Of a stretch of 64,000 nt of DNA, positions 18,534-27,045 are shown piece by piece (the stretch's first letter is position 1; every line of letters starts with the position of its first letter). A program made the translations under genes and the position numbers. The stretch is from Bacillota bacterium (lineage in GTDB: Bacteria; Bacillota; Clostridia; Acetivibrionales; DSM-1351). Location of the stretch: the NCBI GenBank assembly GCA_023397905.1, contig JAEWSZ010000009.1, positions 10,048-74,047 of the forward strand. The letters run 5' to 3'. The notes below the pieces were generated by a model. That model saw only the letters and a list, made by a program, of their open reading frames with translations. It was not told the DNA's origin and did no database searches.

Positions 18534-21161
18534 TCAGCCTATAAAAACGGTCTGCTCCAATCTAATATCCGCACTGGACGCACCAACCATTATTTTAAAA
18601 TCCCCAGGTTCCACCACCCATTGAAATTTCTTGTCCAGAAGCCTGAAGCTGTCAAAGTCCAGCGTGAATTCCACCGTCCTGCACTGAGAAGGCGCCAGAG
18701 AGATCCTCTCAAAACCTTTCAGCAGCATGGGCGGGGTCACCACAGAGCTCTGGATATCGTTTATATATAGCTGTACGATTTCATCGGCTCCGGTCAGACC
18801 GGCATTCCTCACATCCACAGCCACCCCGTAGCTGTATTTACCGTCCATTTTCTCAATACGGAGATTTTCGTATTCAAAGGTGGTATAGCTCAATCCGTGC
18901 CCAAAAGGAAACAGCGCATCGGTCTTTCCTTCCAGGTATTCCGAGCTGCCTCCCGGCAGTCTGCTGTAATAGCAGGGTATGTGCCCCACACTTCTTGGGA
19001 AGGATATGGGGAGCTTTCCCGAGGGACTCACATCGCCCAACAGTACATCTGTAATTGCCCTGGCACCCAGTTCTCCTCCAAACCATGAAACCAGTATGGC
19101 GTCGCATTTTTCCGCCTCATAGCTCAAGTCCACAGGTTTGCCGTTTTCAAGCACCAGTATTGTCGGCTTTCCAAGGGCGCAGACCTCTTGGACCAATTTC
19201 CTCTGCTTTCCGTACAAACGCAGGTCACACCTGTCCATACCCTCACCGCTGGTGACTTTATCGTCACCGCATACAAGGATTACGGTATCGCATTCCTTTG
19301 CCACAGCTACGGCTTTTTCAAAGGTATCGCCGTGGCAGTCCAGGCTCAGCGAAAGATTGTTCCCGTTTACGTCGCATACAAACTCTATTTCGAATTCATG
19401 TATTTTCCCGTTGACAAATTCAAAGTCACATTGCGGAACAGGCTGTTTTGACTTTCCTGTGCTTTCAATCACACATTTGCCGTCGATTTTAACTCTGACA
19501 CTGTCATTGGACGTGAATATCAATTTGCCTGTAAAGCTGTCCTCTTCCACAAAATCATAAGTATTGACCTGGAAGGTCCCCGTCATTCTGACCGAATATC
19601 CCACAAAGGCCAGGTCTCTGTGGGGTTTTGCCAGTATCCAGTTGAAATTGATCTGGTTGGCCCTGTCGCTTCCCACCGGCCGGCCTTCAAAGCTGTCATT
19701 GTTGAAATATGTTAAAGCAACTCCGTCGGTAAACCATGAAGCGGGAATAATATCAATATCCATTTCGGTTATTCCGCAGCCGTCGCACTGCCTTACTACT
19801 ACGTCATCCCCGGACAGCCTTTGCTTTATTTCGTCATATACCGAGCTCACCTCATACCCGTAAGGCACCGAGGAATAGCTGCCTATCCTCTGGTTGTTGG
19901 AACTGGGGCCTATCAGCGCAACAGACTTTGCTTTCCTGCTTAAGGGAAGTATATTGTTTTTGTTTTGAAGCATTACAATAGACTGCTTTGCCACAGCATA
20001 GGATATCTCTTTATGCTTTTCACACCGCAGCACATCTCTGAATCTGCTCTCATCAGTATACGGCTTTTCAAACAAGCCCAGATCAAATTTCACACGAAGG
20101 ATCCTGGCTACTGCCTCGTCAATGTTTTCTACAGGTATTTTGCCCTCGTTGACGAGTTCAACCAGGGACTGCTGCCAGTAAGAATTTGCAAAATCAAAGC
20201 CCTGTACGTCCAGGCCTCCGTTTACAGCAAGCCGTATGCTTTCTTTGCTGTCCGTGGTCATCCTGTGGTGGGTCTTCAGCCTGTTTACCGCTCCGAAATC
20301 AGCTCTGACATAGCCCTTAAGTCCAAAGCGCTCTTTCAGGACTTCCCTCAGATAATGTTCTGACGTTATGACGGCTTCACCGTCTATGCAGTTATAGGAA
20401 GCCATGGCATTGTATGCTCCCGCCTTTTTAATACCCGCTTCAAACACCGGCAGGTAGTCCGTTTCGATTTCTCGTATGCCCGCTCTGGCAGGCGAGCAGT
20501 TGGTTCCCCCCTCGGGTATTCCGTGGACACAGTAGTGCTTGGGCTCGCAGACTATTGCATCGTTCCCGCTTGCGCCGTCTCCCTGCTCTCCCGATATAAT
20601 TGCATACGCCATGGCCGAGGATAAATATGTATCTTCTCCGAAGGTTTCCTCCACCCTTCCCCATCTGGGCTCGCGGGCCAGGTCCAGATTCGGAGCCAGT
20701 ATCTCGCAGATCCCCAGGCTCCTGGTTTCGGAAGCAATGGCATGCCCCACCTCTTTTACCAGTCCGGGGTTAAAGGTGGCTCCCATATTTATGGGCATTG
20801 GGAATATAGTGGCTCCGGGATAGGATAGACCGTGAAGCGCCTCTCCGGTAAATATGCACGGTATGCCCAATCTGGTCTTTTCAATGAAATAACGCTGAAG
20901 CTTGTTAAGGACCACCGGTGACGAATACACATCATGTACAAAACCCATGCCATTTTCTCCGATACTTTGCTCCACCTGTTCCCAAATAAAATCACTGTTC
21001 TCGTCAACAGAACAAAAATGGGCCTCATGGGTTTTGGTAGCCAGCTCAACTCCTCTGATCATATCCATCTGGGCTACTTTCTCCTCAAGGGTCATTTTAC
21101 TCAATAAATCCGCAGCCCTTTCAGCTGCCGGCAGCTGCGGATTTTTATATTTGTGCTGCAT
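18534..21161 (-). CDS. Cytoplasmic GH3 beta-glycosidase (glucosidase/xylosidase) with PA14 insert and Fn3-like C-terminus
   Basis: MTLEEKVAQM, REPRWGRVEETFGED, PKHY, nucleophile region GYVRADF, TSGEGMDR, FPFGHGLSYT; no signal peptide. Confidence 0.92.
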   Translation of the reverse strand: MQHKYKNPQLPAAERAADLLSKMTLEEKVAQMDMIRGVELATKTHEAHFCSVDENSDFIWEQVEQSIGENGMGFVHDVYSSPVVLNKLQRYFIEKTRLGIPCIFTGEALHGLSYPGATIFPMPINMGATFNPGLVKEVGHAIASETRSLGICEILAPNLDLAREPRWGRVEETFGEDTYLSSAMAYAIISGEQGDGASGNDAIVCEPKHYCVHGIPEGGTNCSPARAGIREIETDYLPVFEAGIKKAGAYNAMASYNCIDGEAVITSEHYLREVLKERFGLKGYVRADFGAVNRLKTHHRMTTDSKESIRLAVNGGLDVQGFDFANSYWQQSLVELVNEGKIPVENIDEAVARILRVKFDLGLFEKPYTDESRFRDVLRCEKHKEISYAVAKQSIVMLQNKNNILPLSRKAKSVALIGPSSNNQRIGSYSSVPYGYEVSSVYDEIKQRLSGDDVVVRQCDGCGITEMDIDIIPASWFTDGVALTYFNNDSFEGRPVGSDRANQINFNWILAKPHRDLAFVGYSVRMTGTFQVNTYDFVEEDSFTGKLIFTSNDSVRVKIDGKCVIESTGKSKQPVPQCDFEFVNGKIHEFEIEFVCDVNGNNLSLSLDCHGDTFEKAVAVAKECDTVILVCGDDKVTSGEGMDRCDLRLYGKQRKLVQEVCALGKPTILVLENGKPVDLSYEAEKCDAILVSWFGGELGARAITDVLLGDVSPSGKLPISFPRSVGHIPCYYSRLPGGSSEYLEGKTDALFPFGHGLSYTTFEYENLRIEKMDGKYSYGVAVDVRNAGLTGADEIVQLYINDIQSSVVTPPMLLKGFERISLAPSQCRTVEFTLDFDSFRLLDKKFQWVVEPGDFKIMVGASSADIRLEQTVFIG

Positions 21162-21229
21162 TAGAATTCCTCCGGTTTTATGGCTTAAATATAAATATAA
21201 TTATAACTACATTATCCATATTTTATCAA

Positions 21230-22135
21230 CTACTCTTTGATGGAACCAATCATGACCCCCTGCACAAAATACTTCTGTACAAAAGGATAAATGCATATTA
21301 TTGGCAATGTGCATATTATGATCATCGCCATCTGGAGAGACTGGCTGGATATGTGCATGCTCTGCTGGGTCATGGCCGCCGTGGCGCTTTGCAGCATAAG
21401 CTTGTTAATGGCCTGGGCGTCCGAAAGCATTTTCTGCAGAAGGGTCTGAACGGGAAGCAGTTTCTCGCTCTGCACGTAGAACGTACCCGTCGCCCAGTCA
21501 TTCCACTGTCCAACGCCGTTAAACAGCGCAATTACAGCAATAACCGGCTTGCTCAGAGGAATTATTATCTGGAAAAATATTCTGAACTCATTGCAGCCGT
21601 CCACTTCCGCCGATTCTTCAATATTGGGGCTTATGGTCTGAAAATACGTCTTTACGATAATGATGTTGAATACATTGTAAAGGGCCGGAAGTATATATAT
21701 TAAAAACGATCTCGTAAGATGCAGATTTTTCAACAGTATAAAATAAGGTATCATCCCGCCGCCGAAAAGCGTGGTAAAAAATATTATGAACATAAACGCA
21801 TTTCTGCCGGGAAGGGTTTTGGATTTCAGGCCGTAGGCGGCCATACTGGTCAGCAGTACGCTGAAAAACGTGCCGATCACAGTTTTGGAAATGGTAATGA
21901 TATATGCCGTGGTCAGGGATTTATTGTGAAATATATATGTAAAGTTCTCCAGGGTGAACGCCCTGGGCCAGAAATATATCCCGCCCCTGCTTGCATCGCT
22001 TCCGTCGTTTAGGGCCAGAGAAATAATATTCAAATATGGCAGGATGATGGTCAGGCAGAAACCCACCATCAGAGTATAATTAAATATCCTGAATGCTTTT
22101 TCAAATCCGCTTATTTTTATTGTGCCGTTTTTCAT
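21230..22135 (-). CDS. Carbohydrate ABC transporter permease (MalG/YtcP-like)
   Basis: EAA loop IEESAEVDGCNEFRIF; C-terminal YPFVQKYFVQGVMIGSIKE. Start moved to the ATG at 22135 (GGAG RBS). Confidence 0.92.
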   Translation of the reverse strand: MKNGTIKISGFEKAFRIFNYTLMVGFCLTIILPYLNIISLALNDGSDASRGGIYFWPRAFTLENFTYIFHNKSLTTAYIITISKTVIGTFFSVLLTSMAAYGLKSKTLPGRNAFMFIIFFTTLFGGGMIPYFILLKNLHLTRSFLIYILPALYNVFNIIIVKTYFQTISPNIEESAEVDGCNEFRIFFQIIIPLSKPVIAVIALFNGVGQWNDWATGTFYVQSEKLLPVQTLLQKMLSDAQAINKLMLQSATAAMTQQSMHISSQSLQMAMIIICTLPIICIYPFVQKYFVQGVMIGSIKE

Positions 22136-22171
22136 GCCGCGTTCTCCTTGAAATATATTGAAATCAAATGT

Positions 22172-22236
22172 CCTGCTCTTTACGGCCAACCGGGGATATG
22201 TATATGAACCCAGCCCTGGCGGCCATAAAGAACAGG
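22172..22236 (-). promoter_or_regulatory. Intergenic stem-loop 3' of the solute-binding protein gene (mRNA stabiliser or partial terminator)
   Basis: 16-bp stem CCTGTTCTTTATGGCC/GGCCGTAAAGAGCAGG, fully paired through G-U only on the transcribed strand. Confidence 0.6.
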
Positions 22237-22294
22237 CAAGTAATCCGGCGCCGGAAAACTCCCGGCATTTAATTTTTGGGGTATATGTTTTGTA

Positions 22295-24094
22295 TCAGTT
22301 TGTCAGGTAGAATATAACACTGCCGGGATTCTTCGAATCCACATCCTGCAGATATTTGGCCGCCTCTTCCACTCCCGCGTCAATGAGCTGCTTTTTGTAG
22401 GCGTCAAGTATTTTCACCGCTTCTTCGTCCGATTTCGCATATATGGCCTTGACTATGGTATCTCCGTATATGTCCAGAACCGGCTTCAGCTGTTTTATTC
22501 CCGTGAAGTTCTCCAATACGCCGCTGGCCGGAAGTCCGTCGATAACCTTTACTTCAGGAGCCGCCAGTTTCAATACCTTTCTGCCGTACTCAAATGGGAA
22601 CTGGTCGGGTGCGCCCAGGCCGTATGAAGCTGCCAGATCCTTGTACATATCAACATTGCTTAAGTATGTCAGCGGAGGAACGCCGATACCCTGATTTGTC
22701 TTATAGCTTGCGTCCTGGGCGGCCTTTTCGGTATATTCCGGCGTTGGAACCGGGTCCTTCCCATCGTCGCTGGGGTCATCCTTTGTATACTTCAGATACT
22801 CTTTGGACACCCTGTCCTGGAGCGTGTAGTCCTCATTTTCAAAACCGTTATTTATCAAACGGTTACCCTCGGTAGTGGAGCACCAGTCAAGGAATTTAAG
22901 GATCTCTTCCGGCTTTTCGGCCGCTTTTGAAATTGCCACAAAGGTATTTCCTCTTCTTACAGCCACCTTTTCCGTGGAGCCTTTATAATTCTGCATTGGT
23001 CCTATGGGAATGTACATCTTGTCCTTATTCTTGCTCCTTAAAACATCCGAGCCCCCGTCCCAGGACTGTGAGAAAGGATGCATGTACATTATGGGATACT
23101 GGGCATTTGCAAAGGCTTCTGTTGCCTGCTGCCCCTGAAGCGAAAAGGTCTCTTTTGCCATCAGGCCTTCCGCAATAAGCTTTCTCTCCTGCTGCACCGC
23201 TTTGTATGGATAATCGGTAAGCATTACGTTCTTGACTTTTCCGTCGGAATCGTAGTCAAAGGTGGAGGAATTTCCAAAGTCAAACTCCTGAGCCGCATAG
23301 GCGGGATCCTTGGAGCCTCCCCATATGGTAGGGCCTATGGCCGTGGTTATAGGTTTGCCGTTTCCGTCCTTGAAATTGCCCGCCTTTATTTTTTTTGCCA
23401 GCTCATAGAGGTCTTCATTGGTTTTAATAGTAGAAGGATCCACGCCAAGAGCCGTGGCGATATCATTTCTTATATACAAGCCGGCACCTCCTACCCACAC
23501 TGCGGACGGAACATCAGGTCTCGGTATTTCCATCTGCAGAAGGTAAATCGCGCCGTTAAAATCTTTTCTCATTATTATATTTTCTTTAGCGTCCTTTGTA
23601 AGATAGTTCTCATCAAGGAATTTCTTATAATTGACCGTATTCTGCAAAGCGGATTTCATATCGTAAAAAAGATCGTCCTTTGCGGTTTTAACCAAAAGAT
23701 TCACCACATTTGCGTTTGCAGAATTATTTGTACCTTCGCAATAGCCTGTCATTACGTCAGGAAGTTCTCCTGACGCCAGATCGATAGACAAATCCTGGAT
23801 TATATCCTGGCCTTTCATAACATCGAGCTGGACCTGAACCCCAGTGAGCTCTTTGATCTTTTTAAATACCTTGTTGTTTACCTGATCTTCGGGGAGTGTG
23901 ATACCGACCTGATAATGCTTAATCTTTATAGTTCTGTCGGCTATAAAGCTTCCGCCTGTCTGAGCGGCGGTTCCCGAGCTGGCCGACGCGGAGCCGGTGG
24001 TACTCTCAGCTGCTTTTTCTGTATTTCCGCAGCCTGACAGAACCAGTCCCGATACCATTAATACCGCTAAAAAACCTGAAATTAATTTTTTCAT
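22295..24094 (-). CDS. ABC transporter solute-binding lipoprotein (LplA-like, SBP family 1)
   Basis: Lipobox VLSGC, Ser/Thr linker, LASGELPDVM, PEEILKFLDW. Start moved to the ATG at 24094 (AAGGAGG RBS). Confidence 0.9.
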   Translation of the reverse strand: MKKLISGFLAVLMVSGLVLSGCGNTEKAAESTTGSASASSGTAAQTGGSFIADRTIKIKHYQVGITLPEDQVNNKVFKKIKELTGVQVQLDVMKGQDIIQDLSIDLASGELPDVMTGYCEGTNNSANANVVNLLVKTAKDDLFYDMKSALQNTVNYKKFLDENYLTKDAKENIIMRKDFNGAIYLLQMEIPRPDVPSAVWVGGAGLYIRNDIATALGVDPSTIKTNEDLYELAKKIKAGNFKDGNGKPITTAIGPTIWGGSKDPAYAAQEFDFGNSSTFDYDSDGKVKNVMLTDYPYKAVQQERKLIAEGLMAKETFSLQGQQATEAFANAQYPIMYMHPFSQSWDGGSDVLRSKNKDKMYIPIGPMQNYKGSTEKVAVRRGNTFVAISKAAEKPEEILKFLDWCSTTEGNRLINNGFENEDYTLQDRVSKEYLKYTKDDPSDDGKDPVPTPEYTEKAAQDASYKTNQGIGVPPLTYLSNVDMYKDLAASYGLGAPDQFPFEYGRKVLKLAAPEVKVIDGLPASGVLENFTGIKQLKPVLDIYGDTIVKAIYAKSDEEAVKILDAYKKQLIDAGVEEAAKYLQDVDSKNPGSVIFYLTN

Positions 24095-24144
24095 AAAATC
24101 CTCCTTCATTTTATTTATCTTAAAGAATCAAATCCGTCACTATC

Positions 24145-24185
24145 GCCTGAAAGCGAAGCTTTTGACCGTAATTGACTTTATGATT
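24145..24185. repeat. Family B element, right-end fragment
   Basis: GCCTGAAAGCGAAGCTTTTGACCGTAATTGACTTTA aligns with GCCTGAAGGCGAAGGTTTAACCGCAACTGACTTTA at 18409-18443. Confidence 0.7.
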
Positions 24186-24201
24186 CCTTAATATACTAAA
24201 T

Positions 24202-25143
24202 TTACCAGATACCGACCTCCAGATATTTTTTGCTCAGTTTGTTTGCCGTGACAACCATTATGAGCCCTATAATTCCCTGCATGAGACCGATAGCCGTCGC
24301 ATATGCATATTTGCCCTGCTGGAAGCCCTGAACCACCACATAGACATCTATGATATCGGCCATACGCATATTGCCCGGTGTCCTCAATAGATAGTTTTGT
24401 TCAAAACCCGCCGTTACAATACTTCCAATCGACATAATAAACAAAATTCCCATGGTGGGCTTTATACCGGCCAATGTTACATGCCAGGTCTGCCGCAGCC
24501 TTCCCGCCCCGTCAATTTTTGCGGCTTCGTACAGCTCCGGATTGATTCCGGATATTGCAGCCAGATATATGATGGAATTCCAGCCGATATTCTTCCACAG
24601 CAGGCTCAGCAGCAATATTACATAAAAATACCTTTCTTCCATCATGTAAAAAGTGCTTGAATCACCGCCAAATAAAGCCTTGACCTGGTTCAGCAGGCCG
24701 TCGTCCGGAGCCAGCACCCTGAAAATCATCAGTGATACCACCGCCCATGACAGAAAATAAGGCATATATGAAACAGTTTGTACCAGTTTTTTAAATCTTG
24801 ATATGTATAATTCATTTACAAGCAGCGCAAAAAGGATTGGAAAGGGAAATGCCAGTATTGACTTGACAAAGCCTGTAAGGAAAGTGTTTTTCACAATTGA
24901 GGCAAACTCGAAATAATGAAAGAAATCAATAAAGTTCTGCAATCCGTAATTCTGCTCCCAGTGGCTTCTGAAAATGCCCTTTGCAAAGCTGTAATCCTTG
25001 AAAGCCACAATTATTCCGGTCATGGGAATATAGGAAAATATAATGAAAAATATAATGCAGGGCAGTACCATGATATAAATATTTCTGTGCTTCTTTACGC
25101 TTTTGAGTAAACTGCTTCCGGACCTGGTACGACTATTATTCAA
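24202..25143 (-). CDS. Carbohydrate ABC transporter permease (LplB-like)
   Basis: QTVSYMPYFLSW and WKNIGWNSIIYLAAISGINPELYEAAKIDGA. Probable TTG start at 25143 after GAGGTG. Confidence 0.92.
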   Translation of the reverse strand: MNNSRTRSGSSLLKSVKKHRNIYIMVLPCIIFFIIFSYIPMTGIIVAFKDYSFAKGIFRSHWEQNYGLQNFIDFFHYFEFASIVKNTFLTGFVKSILAFPFPILFALLVNELYISRFKKLVQTVSYMPYFLSWAVVSLMIFRVLAPDDGLLNQVKALFGGDSSTFYMMEERYFYVILLLSLLWKNIGWNSIIYLAAISGINPELYEAAKIDGAGRLRQTWHVTLAGIKPTMGILFIMSIGSIVTAGFEQNYLLRTPGNMRMADIIDVYVVVQGFQQGKYAYATAIGLMQGIIGLIMVVTANKLSKKYLEVGIW

Positions 25144-25276
25144 GATATATGCACCTCGTATTTGATTATTTTTTCTTATCTTGCGATTATAATAGCACAA
25201 GCCAAAAAGTTATTTAATGTTTAAATCTCAGAAGTCTATTGTCAAATTCTTATATTCCCGGTGGAATAATTCCATC

Positions 25277-25327
25277 AAAACAAAACAAACCTGCTTCGAT
25301 TGAACGGAATTCAACTGAAACAGGTTT
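25277..25327 (-). terminator. Terminator after the response regulator
   Basis: AAACCTG...CAGGTTT hairpin with a T-rich tail on the minus strand. Confidence 0.55.
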
Positions 25328-25348
25328 ATGACAGAGGACATGGGCCGA

Positions 25349-26956
25349 TTATTTTTGCAGGGACTGTTTTCTGTATTCCAGAGGCGTCACGCCCTTGTAC
25401 TTTTTAAAAAGCTTGTAAAAATATTGTACATCCTGGAATCCGAGACTTTCAGCTATTCCGGTGACATTGGTATTGGGCAGGGAAAGCATTCTGCACGCCG
25501 CCTCCACCCTTTTATTGTTTGTGAAGTCCACAAAGCTGTATCCCGTTTTCTTTTTGAAAAGCGATGAAAAATAATTGGGATTCATTGCAAACTGCACCGC
25601 AATTTCTTTTACGCTCAGCTGCCGGTCATAATTATCCTCCACGTAATCCACCACCATATCGATTACGCTGCTGCATTTTACCGATTCAAGGGGCTCAATA
25701 TTAAATACGTTGACTATTGTGGTATGGAGATAGTTCACTATTTCGGTTTTGTTGTCCAGATAATCCAGTATATCTCCCGTAAAATCCACCTCAAAGGGAG
25801 GCTTCATAATATCGATGGACCTGTTGGAACACAGGCCGCTGATTATGCCTATTACCTCATGATATATGCGCCTTGTGTTTATCATATCCCCCTGGGGCTT
25901 TACATTCATGCCGAAGAGATCCTTCAAAGTCAGCTTTATATTGTCATAATCGGCTTTATTGATATACTGGGCGAGCAGTTTCAGGTACTGGTCGGAAGAC
26001 GACCTTTCCGCGGTACGGCTCAAGCTGCCGGAATCATATATTTTATTGATTCCCGTCTCAAACCTGATATCCAGCAGCTTTCTCAGATTTTTATACAGGC
26101 TTTCGCTCACTGCTTCCGCAACTTCTCCGACAGCAATGGTTACGCTTAATTTCAAGCTGTTCTTTATCTCAGGAACAGCCATTTCCAGAAAACCGGCAGC
26201 GGCTTTGGCCACACCCGGCTTCTGCCTTCCTGTTATGACGGCAAATACTTCATTTATGTTCTTCTGGTTGTCAATAATCCTTATGGTCTCATTGGGGGCA
26301 ATACCTGCCAGGTTTTCCCTCAACTCTCCCTTTATCCCCTCAATGCCGTTGAATTCCTTATTCCATATGTTGAAATTGCAGCTGTCCAGATGAAAGAGGA
26401 TTATCCGGCACAGCCTGTCCTTCAGGAAGGGATTGTCTTCAAAAAAGTCTCCGCTGGTATCAATAAGCTTGTTGGGAGAATGCAGCAGCTGATTTACCGT
26501 TCTTTCAAGCCTTATCAGTTCGGATTCCTTTTCCAGTCCTTCCTTCTGTCTGCCAAGATCGTCAAGCCTTTTGGATTCATCTATCTGATTGATTGAATTG
26601 TTCAGCAATTCCTCTACTTTTCCGGGGTCGATAGGTTTCAGGATATATCCTCCTGCTCCGAGGTTTAAAGCCTTTTGTGCAAAATCGAACTCCGAATATC
26701 CGCTGATAATCATAAATCTGGCGTCGATTTTATTTTTCCTGCAGTTTTCAAGCACTTCTATTCCGCTCATTAAAGGCATCTTAATGTCCAGAAGGACAAT
26801 ATCCGGCCTGTGCGCTTTAATTAATGAAAAGGCCTCTTCGCCGTTCACCGCTTCAAAAAAATCGAACTCAAAGCCTGTTTTGCTTATTACGGCGATAATC
26901 CCTTTGCGTATATATTCTTCATCATCAGCTACTAAAACCTTATACAACTGCATCAT
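25349..26956 (-). CDS. YesN-like response regulator (receiver plus AraC HTH)
   Basis: VLVADDE, LDIKMP, ISGYSEFDFAQKAL; MNPNYFSSLFKK and GFQDVQYFYKLFKK. Exact start uncertain (26947-26968). Confidence 0.93.
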   Translation of the reverse strand: MMQLYKVLVADDEEYIRKGIIAVISKTGFEFDFFEAVNGEEAFSLIKAHRPDIVLLDIKMPLMSGIEVLENCRKNKIDARFMIISGYSEFDFAQKALNLGAGGYILKPIDPGKVEELLNNSINQIDESKRLDDLGRQKEGLEKESELIRLERTVNQLLHSPNKLIDTSGDFFEDNPFLKDRLCRIILFHLDSCNFNIWNKEFNGIEGIKGELRENLAGIAPNETIRIIDNQKNINEVFAVITGRQKPGVAKAAAGFLEMAVPEIKNSLKLSVTIAVGEVAEAVSESLYKNLRKLLDIRFETGINKIYDSGSLSRTAERSSSDQYLKLLAQYINKADYDNIKLTLKDLFGMNVKPQGDMINTRRIYHEVIGIISGLCSNRSIDIMKPPFEVDFTGDILDYLDNKTEIVNYLHTTIVNVFNIEPLESVKCSSVIDMVVDYVEDNYDRQLSVKEIAVQFAMNPNYFSSLFKKKTGYSFVDFTNNKRVEAACRMLSLPNTNVTGIAESLGFQDVQYFYKLFKKYKGVTPLEYRKQSLQK

Positions 26957-26972
26957 CCCTTCACTCAAATTC

Positions 26973-27045
26973 AGTGATCTGCAACATTAGTCCTGAGAAA
27001 GCTTCCCTCACCTGACAATATACGTTTTAAATGTTACAGGCCGCT
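26973..27045. mobile_element. Family A element, internally deleted copy overlapping the kinase stop codon
   Basis: AGTGATCTGCAACAT joined to TAGTCCTGAGAAAGCTTCCCTCACCTGACAATATACGTTTTAAATGTTACAGGCCGCT, homologous to 3631-3645 plus 3734-3791. Confidence 0.8.
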
